Shown here: piece after piece, positions 9,501-21,407 of the stretch
Layout of the letters: the number at the start of each line of letters is the position of its first letter
How positions within the stretch are numbered: the stretch's first letter is position 1
Assembly (NCBI RefSeq): GCF_046119375.1
Contig: NW_027362761.1
Coordinates: 72,912,001 to 72,976,000 of the forward strand
Length of the DNA stretch: 64,000 nucleotides
Origin: Phyllobates terribilis
Lineage: Eukaryota
Direction of reading: 5' to 3'
Position numbers and translations under genes: made by a program
Notes under the pieces: model-generated
What the model saw: the letters and a program-made list of their open reading frames with translations, nothing else
What the model was told of the DNA's origin: nothing
The model's database searches: none

Positions 9501-10882
9501 AATACAGTACAGTACACACTTGGGTTCAGTAGGGCCGCTTATCGCGGCCTCCTGCCCCTCACTCACCTCCTCTAGGGACGCTACATGCTATCACAGCGCG
9601 CTTGTCCCTCCGGTCGCCTCTTACCGGTCCTCCTGATCACCTCCTGGTCACCACCACCTGGCACCCTCCGCTGGCCGGCACTGCACGCTGCCACAGCGCT
9701 CTCTTGCGCTCGTCCCTCCGGTCGCCTCCTACTGGTCCTCCCGGTCCGCTCGGTCACCTCCGCCTGGCTCTCCTCCCTTCCCAGGAGCTCTCTCCACACA
9801 CAGCACAACTCTTGCAGCACACGGCAGGCTCCGCCTCCACCACTTCCTGTCAGGCCTCCTGTCAGGTACACTTCACCTGTGAGACACAGAATCTAAAAAA
9901 AAATCTAGAAAATCATTGTATGATTTTTACATTATTAATTTGCATTTTATTGCATGAAATAAGTATTGATACAGTAGAAAAACTTGCACCAATATGGGAG
10001 ATGGAAATTCAGAGGTTCGAACAACATTGGACAATAAGAAAAACTGATCATAGTTATGTAAACTCCCTTAGGATAATTAATCTATTGAAACATACGTTAA
10101 CTGGTACCCAAGCGTAAATTGTCAAATAAGTTCTTAACTTTTGCCCTCTCTAAAGAAATTTTATGTAATCAAAAACTTTCATCTTTTCAGCCGTAAGTTG
10201 ATTTTTAAGAAAATATTTGCACAACAGGCCAGGGCTGGACTGGGACTAAAAAACAGTGCTGCCACATAGACCCCACCAACCCACATCCAATATTGCCATT
10301 CCCCGATTCCAAAAATAAAATGCAACATTCCCATGGCATAATATTCTTTGTCACACCGCTTGCCACTCTCCTGCAGGGGTTGTCTGGCAATTCTGAATTG
10401 AGAGGTAAACAGCACTAAAGATGACATTTCTACACATACCTATAAGCAAGTTTGCACATTTCCTCAGAATAAGACATGCCTATTGTACTCACCTCTTGAT
10501 GCAAAAGTGACCAACCTTTATAGGCTGCGTTCACACATTGCATTGCTTTTTGCGGCAATTTTTGAAAATTAGTACACCCAAATGTCAGACATATATTGCA
10601 ACTTCCCAAGTGATATGCAACAAAACTGATGAAACTAGAGTAGAAAGTAGAAAACCCAGTTTTCATAGGAAGATAACAATAATTTATTTTTTAAAAATGA
10701 AACAATTTTATTTCAATTATTTTTTAAAAATTCTTTAAAATATAAAATGCAGGTACTTTCACTTTAACATCTGGTCTACAATACCAGGCATTGCATTTGA
10801 CAAATTCACAGAGAAATCCCTTTGGCACTGGCACTTTATGTTTATATATGGGATTGTTGCAATCTAAGACAATGAGGATCTA

Positions 10883-12007
10883 CAGTTGCATCTCACTAAA
10901 TTAGAATATCATCAAAAAGTTTATTTATTTCAGTTCTTCAATACAAAAAGTGAAACTCGTATATTATATAGAGTCATTACAAACAGAGTGATCTATTTCA
11001 AGTGTTTATTTCTGTGAATGTTGATGGTTATGGCTTACAGCCAATGAAAACACAAAAGTCATTATCTCAGTAAATTAGAATACTTTATTATAACAGCTTG
11101 AAAAATGTTTTTAAAATCCGAATGTTGGCCTACTGAAATGTATGTTCAGTAAATGCCCTCAATACTTGGTCGTGGCTCCTTTTGCATTAATTACTGCATC
11201 AATGCGGCGTGGCATGGAGGCGATCAGCCTGTGGCACTGCTGAGGTGTTATGGAAGCCCAGGTTGCTTTGATAGTGTCTCTCATCTTCCTCTTGACAAAA
11301 CCCCATAGATTCTCTATGGGGTTAAGCTCAGGCGAGTTTGCTGGCCAATCCAGCACAGTGATACTGTTGTTTTTAAACCAGGTATTGGTACTTTTGGCAG
11401 TGTGGACAGGTGCCAAGTCCTGCTGGAGAATGAAATTTCCATCTCCAAAAAGCTTGTCGGTAGAGGGAAGCATGAAGTGCTCTAAAATTTCCTGGTAGAT
11501 GGCTGCGCTGACTTTGGTCTTGATAAAACACAGTGGACCTACACCAGCAGATGGCATGGCTTCCCAAACCATCACGGATTGTGGAAACTTCACACTAGAC
11601 CTCAAGCAGCTTGGATTGTGTGCCTCTCCACTCTTCCTCCAGACTCTGGGACCTTGATTTTCAAATGGAAATTGGAACTCTGGGACCTTGTGAGTGTGTC
11701 AATGACTGCCTTCTGGACATCTGTCAAGTCAGCAGTCTTCCCCATGATTGTGGAGCCTACTGAAACAGACTAAAGGACCTTTTTAAATGCTTAGGAAGCC
11801 TTGGCAGGTGTTTTTTGTTAATTTACTGAGATAATGACTTTTGTGCTTTCTTTGTCTGTAAGCCATAATCATCAACATTAACAGAAATAAACACTTGAAA
11901 TAGATCACTGTTTGTAATGACTCTATATAATGAGTTTCACTCTTTGTATTGAAGAACTGAAATAAATTAACTTTTTGATGATATTCTAATATAGTGAGAT
12001 GCACCTG
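10883..12007 (-). mobile_element. Internally deleted Tc1 transposon
   Basis: About 200-bp TIRs (CAG[T/G]TGCATCTCACTA...), TA at both ends; ORF 11159..11605 has QQDLAPVH...[15 protein letters not shown] (second D and E of DD34E). Confidence 0.92.
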
Positions 12008-12869
12008 TAGATGCTTATTTGTTGCTGTTTATAGATTTTCTGGCCTCCTTAAACCTGCACCTTAATAGTATATACCGTATATTTTTATTGATATGTGGTA
12101 TCCCAATGTAGAATCTTAAATTCATCTATTTTTGCATTAAAATTAAATATCTATGAATACTAGCAAGCTGTTAAAGTGAAAGTACCTGCAATTTATATTT
12201 TAAAGAATTTTTAAAAATAATTGAAATAAAATAAGTTTATTTTTTAAAAAATAAATTCTTATCTTCATATGAAAACTGGGTGTAATGTACTCTAGTTTCA
12301 TTAGTGTTGTTGCAATTTTTGAAAATTGTTGCAAGTCAGTGAATTTTTGCCACAACTGCAGCAAAAAAACAAACTGACAACAACTTGTAAAAGCAGCCTT
12401 AATAAATTGACAATTGGGTGTTATCATTCCTCTGTCAAAAGCCTGAGTCACTACACACAGTTGAACCATTGAATCTAATAAGAGAAGAAATTATGACAGC
12501 CAGTTGTGATTTAGGCCATGACTACAGAGAGACTTTGGCTGTGTTCCTACAAAGTAGTTAGTGTCGAAATACCGTATACTAGTATAATACCCCAATGCAG
12601 CTAGTAGTGAATCCTCCATAGTTCCTACATGCTGTATAGTAGATGCATACAAGACAGTCAGAGAAGAACTGCTTAGAGCTACAGTATGTTCGCAACAAAA
12701 ATAAGCACAGACTCATCACTAAGCATATATGGAGGAAATACTTGTGTAAATGTAGTCGCTGAATTATGAGTGCGCCTTTATTAGGATTCTTTCACAAAAC
12801 GTTTATTTGTTGCTTATAAAAACACATCAAGTCTGATGCATATTTTTGCAAGCCTTTTTTTTTCATTAA

Positions 12870-13271
12870 AGCACCACTCCAGCGTTTTGTTTTTTTTCAG
12901 CGCTGGAGTGGTGCTTTAAGTGTAAATCCCCAGCCCACGGTAATATACTCACCCTCCGGCATCTTCCTTGGTTTCCCGGCGCCATCTTGTGAGCACAGCT
13001 TCTGACAGCCGCAAGTCAGAAGCTCCACTCACAATTTCTCAATACAAGTCTGAGAGCCAGAACGAGGCTCTCATAGAGTTGTCTTGAGAAGTGACCTCTG
13101 ACACACTCCAGCATACCCTGGAGCATGCCGGCAGGTCACTTTTCACAGGAGCCGGACCAGAGCGGCGTGAAAACCAATGAAGGCGGCGGAAGGTGAGTTT
13201 ATGACAGGTGGCAGGGGACATTTAAAGCACCACTCCAGCGGTGCAATAAAAGAAAACGCTGGAGTGGTGCT
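12870..13271. mobile_element. Kolobok/T2-type MITE with doubled hairpin termini
   Basis: TTAA TSD; 15-bp TIR AGCACCACTCCAGCG present four times, each abutting TTAA. Confidence 0.88.
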
Positions 13272-15420
13272 TTAAACCACCCTCATTGAAAGCCTAGAGA
13301 CTTGGCTACAGGTTATGTCGCTCGCTCACATACATATATGCAGATGATGAGGTGCAGATAACACTTATTGACAGAGGAAGAACATTATGGACTATGCATG
13401 TTTATAAAACTTGGGCTCACATACCCAGAGAGGGCGATAAGTGCTGAACATATGTGCATTATGGGGCAGACATTAACGTCAGATCACCTATCTGAAGCCA
13501 AGGCTAATCTGAACTCGCCCTCCACTGATGGCATGTAGCAGCACCCTGCACTCTAAAAGATGCAAGCCTCCAATACCATGTTGAGCGGTGTTGTACAGGG
13601 CACGCGGTCTCTCACTCTGAGGGTCCTGAGCTCTCATCTCGGCACACAATGTTCTACATGACATTCCATGATAGACCTATGCAAAGGATTATTTAAAGGG
13701 GTTGTCCAGTACTTTAATATTGATGCCCTATCCTAATTAGGAAGACTCTGGGACCTGATGGTCTGTCCTACTTATATTACAAGACCTTCCAAGATGAACA
13801 TCTCCCTTCATTAATCCCCTTTTCAGTTATTTTCTAAAGAGAGCCCCGATCCCTGCCTCCATGCTACACTCATTTATAACATTGATTCCCAAACCAGGCA
13901 AGGATAGACTAGACTGTAAAAACTATAGACCGATTGCCCTTCACAATTCAGATGTGAAAATATTTACAATAATTTCAGCAATACGCCTGAATCAATGGTT
14001 ACCTTATATGATCCACAAAGACCAAGTGGGATTTGTCCCTTCTAGACAAGGTGGCGACACCAGAAGGGCAGTTGATCTCATAGAAATAGTCAAAAATCTG
14101 GAGAACCTACTCTCCTCCTGAGTTTGGACACTTGATCGCCTCAGTTGGCCTTTTATGCTTAAAGCCCTTGGGACATATGGCATAAAGGGATAAAGGGCCC
14201 TCTTTAAAAAGCTATTGAGGGACTGTATTTTAGTTCCTCAGCTACGATATATCTTCCTCATAGCTCCTTTAAACCAATTAAGATTGATAACGGCACCAAA
14301 CAGGGTTGCCTGCTTTCCCCCCTACTTTTCGTCCTTTGCATTGAGCCTTTGGCTGCTGCTATGCAAGCATCACCAGACATTAAGGAAGTCCGGATTAAAG
14401 ACAAAGAATTCAAATTATCCCTTTTTTGCAAATGATATCCTTCTAGCACTCACAAAACCTTATACAACCTCCATTCACTGCTTTCAAAATTTGGCCAATT
14501 ATCAAGGTATAAAACAAATTCAACTTAAACTGAAGCCCTCCCACTTAACATAAATGACCCCCATCTAGACCACCTCCAGAGTAACTTTAAATACCACAGG
14601 CGTACCACTTCTCTCAAATACCTAGGAATCAATCTCACAACCTCGTACTTCACTATAGACGAGAACAATTTCCCTCCACAATATAAAGAAATAAGATCCT
14701 TACTGCCGAAATGGAAATCACTCCCTCTCTCACTATTTGGACTCATTTCAGCAATAAAAATGACTATTCTCCCAAAACTCATCTTTTTGAGACTTTACTC
14801 ATATCGGTCCCACTCAGAAATTTGCGTGCTTTTTCAAGCAGTCACTTTAAATTTTGTATGAACAGGAAAACGTCATAGAATTGCAAAGTTGGTAATGTTG
14901 GCTGATAAAAAGATGGGAGGGCTAGCGGCACCTAACTTGTTCATTATTATTGGGCATCGCACCTCCGCACAATCCCATCGTGGTCTTCTAAACCTGCCTA
15001 TATGAAGGGATGGATATTGAAAAATTATGGTTAGCCCCAGACCACCCCAACTCCCTGATCTGGAATGGGGCTTATAATCCCTCTGCAATAGACCTATTAG
15101 GTCTAATGATGCAAACCAGAAATATATGGAGGGTCTGCTCTAAAAAAATCAATCTGGCATCAACAAATTCTGCTCTTCCTTAATTTTCCATCCGAATTTC
15201 CCTGAAAGTCTAAGCCACTCAATCTGGCTTGTTTAACTTCGCTGACATAATCCACTATAAAAGGCAAATTTTACATTCCTATGATGACCTGAAAACAAAG
15301 TTCTCTCTCTATTCGCTTTCATTATTCCAATACATTAAGATAAGGCATTTTGCCTCATCATTATTCCACGGTCTACAGGCGTCCATTCCTACCTCCTTCG
15401 AGAGACTATGCAAGAATAGT

Positions 15421-18400
15421 CAGGGCCGGCCCGAACGTATAGGCGAACTAGGCGGCCGCCTAGGGCGCCGACCCTAAGGGGGCGCCAGAGAAAAAATAGA
15501 AAAAATTATAAAAAATCTTTTCAAAAGGCAAAAAGTTTTAGGGATGGAAAGAAAAGTGTACATAAATTTTTTTACCATAAATTTAAAAGAAAAACCGTTG
15601 AGCTTCAATTTACGCACGGAAAGGAGGCGCTAAACTACGGACGTGAGTCGTTTGCATCGTCTGCTGACAGGTGTTTGATCCCGCGCGTTTATTTTGCTCC
15701 TAAGTTTTCAAATGTTGGCAAAGCAAAGCAAACAACCAAAAATGCACACACTACACTAAGGGGGCGCCCGAGAGAAAAAAATACGTATACTTAAATGGTA
15801 GGTGTACCATATGGCCTATTTATACGTAGTTTGGACTTTAGGTACTAGGTACTAGTTGGCGATTATATTGATAGATGTCATCAGCAGTCAATGCGGCTAG
15901 TGGGAGGAGTCTGTTTTGATTCATTGGCGTAGACTGCCTGGACTGCCAGTCAGGCCAGCTAAGACAAGGGAGATAGTATCTACGTTTTTTGCATATCGGC
16001 GCGCGCGATTATAATATTTTCGAGGTATGTCTCTACTGTTTGCATGCTTTATCATGTGAGCCATTGCTGTTATTTTGTATATTCATTAGATTCATTGTTC
16101 CATGAGGTTTCATGAATGCAAATAGAAAATAGGAGGTTTTTAGTAAATTTTTGGCCTAGGTTCTAAAGTGTTAGGCGCTGCGAGCTAGGTATATTGTTTT
16201 GATTTTCAAAAATATTGGAAACATTGGAAATTGTTAAAGAAATTTGTGGTTTTTGTCTTAAAAGTAAAATCGTATTATATAACTTTCAGATAACAATTTT
16301 AATCGGCGCGTTAACTATTAGGTAAATGCTGTGTGTTGTAACAAGTCATGGCTGATAAGAAGAAAAAACTTTCGGAGTTTCAGAACCGTAAAAGAAAAGC
16401 TGAGGAGGAGAAATCACTTTCAAAAATCAAAGGGTCATTTTTAAAATATCTAAGCAATAGAAATGAAGACGCCGAATTCCAAACGTTGGAACAACAGGCT
16501 TCTGTTGCCTCGGAAATATCGAATGTGGAAATAGAATTTGTTTCTCATGCTGAAAATAGTGAACTACAACCATCAATATCTGGTGGTAGATCTGATCAAT
16601 GTACCAGTACTGACATGGAGGCTGGTACATCTATAGAAATACTATGCAAAGACCATTCGGACGATCCCGCTACGTGGACCGTAATCAATGATGACTTACG
16701 CCTAGATGTAGTAAAACTCGGCCCCACACAAGTTAAAGATTTCGATTTTCCTTTGGACACTAATCGTAGAAAATTTTCTTGTGTTCACTATAAACGTCGT
16801 CTTGTCAATGGTGAAAGTCTTGAACGCAATTGGCTAACGTATTCTATTCAGAAAAATTCAGTTTTTTGTTTTTTCTGCACGTTGTTTCCAGACTCATCAC
16901 TTCAACTAGGAATCATCAAACGCTCAGCCTTAGGTACTGATGGTGTAAATGACTGGAAAAACATATCTGCTATTTTGGCCAGCCACGAAAAAAGCAAAGA
17001 TCACATGATTAGCTTTCAAAAATGGAAGGAACTCGAAAATAGACTTAAGATGAACAAGACCATTGACGAAGAACACTTACGCAAAATTGAAGAGCAAGAA
17101 AAATACTGGCATCAAATTTTAGAAAGGTTGATAGCTCTAGTGAGGGTACTAGGTACGCAAAACGTAGCGTTCCGTGGATCAAATGATGCATTGTTTGCAT
17201 CTAATAATGGGAACTTTTTGAAATTTGTGGAGTATTTGGCTATGTTCGATCCCGTCATGTGTGAGCACATTCGGAAAATCCGGGACAAAGAGATTCATGC
17301 ACATTATTTGGGAAAAACAATACAGAATGAGATGATTCAACTGCTAAGTAATGGTATTCAGGAAAAGATTCTTGACGATGTCAAAACTGCAAAATACTTT
17401 TCTGTAGTGCTGGATTGTACTTCTGACGTGTCTCATGTTGAACAAATGACTATCATTGTTCGGTTTGTTTCCACATCAGAAGACAAAAAGTTTGAAATTA
17501 AAGAGCACTTCTTGGGATTCATTCCTGTTTCTGATACAACTGGAGGTGGTTTGACAGCCGCTGTCTTGAACAAATTTGAAGAACTGTCGCTCTCTGTGGA
17601 CAACTTACGAGGGCAAGGCTACGACAATGGGAGCAACATGAAGGGAAAAAACATTAGACTACAAAGACGAATTTTAGACATAAACCCACGTGCATTCTTT
17701 GTGCCTTGCAGCTCCCATTCTCTAAACTTAGTCGTCAACGATGCCGCTAAATGTTGTTTTGGAGCGACAACTTTTTTTCTGTTAGTTCAAAATCTCTACG
17801 TATTTTTCTCTTCGTCAACTCAGCGTTGGGAAGTACTCGTGCGTCATTTGCCATCTCTGACTCTAAAACCCCTAAGCGAAACAAGGTGGGAAAGTAGAAT
17901 TGATGCTCTGGCCCCCCTCCGTTACCAATTGAGCGAAGTCCAATGTGCCCTAATGGACATAGCAGAAAATATTAGTCTCACAGGAAGCTCTGGAAATGTC
18001 TCCCGGCTAGAAGCTCAAGGTCTTACTAAACAAGTTGGAACATTTTCTTTTGTTACATCTGTTCTAGTATGGTTCAACATTTTGTACGAAATCAATTTGA
18101 CAAGTAAGTTATTTCAGTCACAAGAATTCGATTTAGCTGCTGCTTCTCAACACCTTGACAAAACAAAGAAATATCTGCAATCATTAAGAAGCGATGAAGA
18201 GTTTAAGAAGCTGTTAGTTGATGCGAGGGAAATCACAGAAGAGCTTGGCATACCAGCTAATTTTGAGTCAAGTTCTGCGCCAAAACGTTTAAAGAAAAAA
18301 AGCAGACATTTTTCTTATGAAGGGAAAGATGAGCCCATAAGAGATGAGAAACAGAGTTTCAAAATTAACTTTTACTTTGCGATCTTAGATACTGCTATAA

Positions 18401-19125
18401 ATTCAGTTGATGAGCGGTTCACTCAGCTGAAAGAAATGGAATTGAAATTTGGATTTTTGTACCACATCCGTTCACTTGAGGGAAAACCAAGCAAATTTGT
18501 TCTGGATAAGTGTAAAGCTCTGGAAAAGTCTCTTACACACAACGAAGTAAAAGACATCGATGCCATAGAGCTATGTGGTGAACTGCAGGCAATGTCAAGA
18601 CGTGTTCCAGAAGATTCATCACCAAAAGACGTTCTTGAACTTTTGCTTAAATCTGACTTGAAAGAAAGTGGTGGTGGTGGCTCTAAGAATTCTTTTGACT
18701 CTGCCTGTGTCCGTAGCCTCAGGAGAGAGAAGCTTCTCAAAACTAAAGCTAATTAAAACATATTTAAGGGCAAATATGACGCAAGAGAGGTTGGTTGGGT
18801 TGGCAACAATTTCGATAGAATCTGAAGTTGCTAAACAAATTAATCTCGGTGACTTAGTGTCATCCTTTTCAAAAAAAAGGCAAGGAAACAAAAATTTTAA
18901 TTACCTATGGTCGTTTTTGTTTTGTGTTATTGATTACTTTGTATATATTTGTCCTATACAACTTCTCAGAAAATTAAAGAGTTAGGAGAGAGTTAATTAA
19001 TCATTGTTGTTGTGGTTTATTTTGCTCCTAAATTTATATCCCAAGTTTTCATCTACTGCCAAGAATAGTAGGGGCGCAACAAAATAGTTTCGCCTAGGGC
19101 GCCGTAATCTCTCGGGCCGGCCCTG
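15421..19125 (+). mobile_element. hAT DNA transposon (Tip100/ZMYM1-like group), 3705 bp, near full-length
   Basis: 14-bp perfect TIR CAGGGCCGGCCCGA; perfect 8-bp TSD AGAATAGT (15413-15420, 19126-19133); GGGCGCC subterminal repeats. Confidence 0.95.
16348..18900 (+). pseudogene. hAT transposase: 802-aa open frame, frameshifted near 18665 into the dimerisation domain (VVVALRILLTLPVSVASGERSFSKLKLIKTYLR), with a second homopolymer shift near 18871
   Basis: TTF zinc finger (WLTYS..VFCFFC..HEKSKDH), VLDCTSD, GQGYDNG, PCSSHSLNL, TRWESR, GERSFS. Confidence 0.88.
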
Positions 19126-19236
19126 AGAATAGTTCAACAACAAGAGGTTTAATATCTAGTATTTACAATATTCTACAGACTCCAGATACAGATTCCTTAA
19201 CTAGACACTTATATGCTCAAGTGGGAGGAATATCTG

Positions 19237-19964
19237 TGTGACATGCAGAAGTAGTGCTGTTGCTTCAAAAGCATCCAGCAACTATAAGAGTTAACACAGT
19301 CACAGGAGACAGGGAGTGGTTAGCAGAGCCCCAGGGAGATTGTGGGGGAGTTGTTTACTGTTCTGGTTGGAGCCCTAGAGAAAGGTGGTGTGTGATCTGT
19401 ATCTCACAAAAGACAAGGGGACAGAATTCAGGTCAGGAAGGAAGCTAAACACAGGTCAGATAGACTCCCTGAGCTAACAGTGTGGAGTATTATTGGGCAG
19501 AAAGATAAGGACTGGAAGGAATCTTGTCATAGGGATCATCTCCCTCATCAAACCCTCCCCCCCCTCCATCTCCATGCAGGATAAAGAATGCTGTGTACTC
19601 GTGAGTCCTTGTGAAGGAAAAGCCTACTGTTTATGCATAGAAGTGTGCTGCCAAGAGATCTAATCTGTGCTAAATTATGCTACTGAAGAGACTGACGTTA
19701 TTGTGCCTGCTTTATGATACTGTACTGTAATAAAGATTGTTGCTGCAATATCCCTGAACTGCACTGGCCGTGCTTCAGTTTAAATTCCACTGTTAAACTG
19801 TTGAAAAAGACTCTTGTCAGATGTGTCTGGTCAGCAACTTAATCTATCGTGTGCCTGAGAGAAGCTGCAGCCTATGGTTGCCCTGAGTAACGGTTCCCCC
19901 AGGATTGCAACGAATATATGAAACCCGTCTTGCCCTATCTGAACCTAGCGGCGTGCGTGTAACA
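19237..19964 (+). mobile_element. Solo LTR inserted in the L1
   Basis: TGTGACA...TGTAACA ends; TCTG/TGTG 4-bp TSD (one mismatch); removal restores the L1 frame GAA TAT CTG GGT AAA (EYLGK); internal AATAAA. Confidence 0.8.
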
Positions 19965-20806
19965 TGTGGGTAAAACACTAAGCGTGGTAGATTGGAGAAA
20001 TGTTTGGACCAGAGCTGCCAAGACTGCATCTTGCATTTTATACAAAGCAAATCAGTACAAAATTCTTCATCTCTGGTACCACATGGCTGAATTTTTACAT
20101 AAAATGGACCCATGTATTCCTTCCCTTTGCTGGATGCGTCCTGTCCAGAGGTTCTATTTTTCATATTTTTTGGGACTTCCCTCTGATTCAACTGATTAAA
20201 AATGTGTTTGTTTGTTCGTTAGCTTTTACTCTTTATATACTTGAAAATGTTTAACGGAATGTTAAAGTATTATTATAGAATAAGATTGGTTGACAACCTA
20301 TAAATGATAGTGAAAAAATTAAAATGGCTAATTTTCTTTTTTTCCTGTAAAAAATTTAAAAATTTGTGTCAATAAAGAGTACAATTTAAAAAAAATATTG
20401 ATGGCCGGTGGGGTGTGACACCCAGCATCCTCACCAAACAGCTGTTACCAATGCCGGCCAGACGTGATCAGTTACATAGTGGAATGGCACAGCTCTATCA
20501 AATACATAGTGGACACAACGGAGTACTGCAGATCCACCCCTATTCATTCTAATAGAATCGGATATGGAACACCAGGCTACAGACACTACAGAGTTGATGA
20601 GGCTGTGCTGCTTAATTACGCAACTGATCACATACGGCCTGAAGTGAGAACAGCGGATTTGTGGGTGTGCCAGATGTTGCACCCCAACTGACCTGGTATT
20701 GATGATTTATCCTAAGGATAACAGATAACACATTTAACGGGCAGACAGCCAACCACAGCAGTGGTCCACTGGGAATCTGCCAGATCATGAATCCAAGTCT
20801 GACCAT

Positions 20807-21295
20807 TGTGACAAAGCCACTGGCAGAATACTGGAGGGGAGATACGGGTCTCTGAGACTTTTTGCTTCAGTGATGTAAAACATGGAGGTTTCTCCTGCAC
20901 ATTAGGTGCAGAGAGGATTAATAACCAGACTTACAAGGGCATGCTTTACAGGTGGATCGCTAAGTGCTGGGAGGGAAGCCATCCACCCTATCTCCACTCC
21001 GGGGCGTGGTTTAGGGGCTTTAAAAACCTAGCCTTTTGACTAGAGGAGCATATGTTTATTCTTGCTGAACCTGAACAATGTGGTTTTTGCTAACCCGGAG
21101 TGGCCGGACCCTGGCCGGTGCAAGGACTTTGCTGGACTCTTTCCCTATTTTTGTTTGCCACTAGGCCGGATGGCCTATGTTTATTTTCTATGAACTTTTT
21201 ATTGGTTTATGTTGCACAATAAACCAACTGAAAATTTATAGTGACAGTATTCTGTTTATACCTCAATGCGTAGGAGAGTGAGCCGATCTACAACA
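20807..21295 (+). repeat. 5' LTR of the Gmr1-like element
   Basis: TGTGACA...CTACAACA; matches 34200-34520. Confidence 0.9.
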
Positions 21296-21297
21296 GT

Positions 21298-21311
21298 TGG
21301 TGTTAGAAGTG
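21298..21311 (+). promoter_or_regulatory. Primer-binding site, tRNA-Leu(CAA)-like
   Basis: TGGTGTTAGAAGTG, 2 nt after the LTR, vs expected TGGTGTCAGAAGTG. Confidence 0.8.
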
Positions 21312-21407
21312 CAGGCTGCATTCCCAGCGAACACGTGTGACTGTTATAAGAGGCGCTGCATGTCCTAGGTGAAGGCGGCCCTAAGCCAGCAAGTGACGCC
21401 GGAAAAA

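Larger units (their letters stand above)
4591..9863 (-). mobile_element. Full-length CR1-clade LINE, about 5.3 kb, with intact ORF1 and ORF2
   Basis: (TAACTATG)n-type 3' tail, short 3'UTR, two ORFs 2 nt apart, 1.2-kb 5'UTR; both flanks rejoin as a continuous Tc1 TIR. Confidence 0.95.
4507..9973 (+). mobile_element. Solo Tc1 IR/DR terminal repeat (4507-4595 + 9864-9973) split by the CR1 insertion
   Basis: TA|CAGTTGGGGAAAAAAAGTATTTGA start; aatttatatcatag joins gtacacttcacctgtgagacacag; inner direct repeat aataagtattgataca. Confidence 0.8.
13770..20395 (+). mobile_element. 5'-truncated, decayed L1 (ORF2 RT to 3'UTR), interrupted by a hAT and a solo LTR
   Basis: ITLIPKPGKD..YRPIAL, QVGFVPSR, NGTKQGCLLSP, FANDIL, YLGINL; C-terminal KILHLWYH..CWMR; AATAAA at about 20371 and an A-rich tail. 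Confidence 0.85.

Noticed and set aside
9581-10117. Overlapping 96-171-aa ORFs on both strands
   Set aside because: Chance open frames in the GC-rich CR1 leader running into Tc1 TIR sequence; no domain signature.
16348-18756. 802-aa ORF as a host ZMYM1-like gene
   Set aside because: Intronless and enclosed by TIRs and an 8-bp TSD; it is a transposase with a frameshifted C-terminus.
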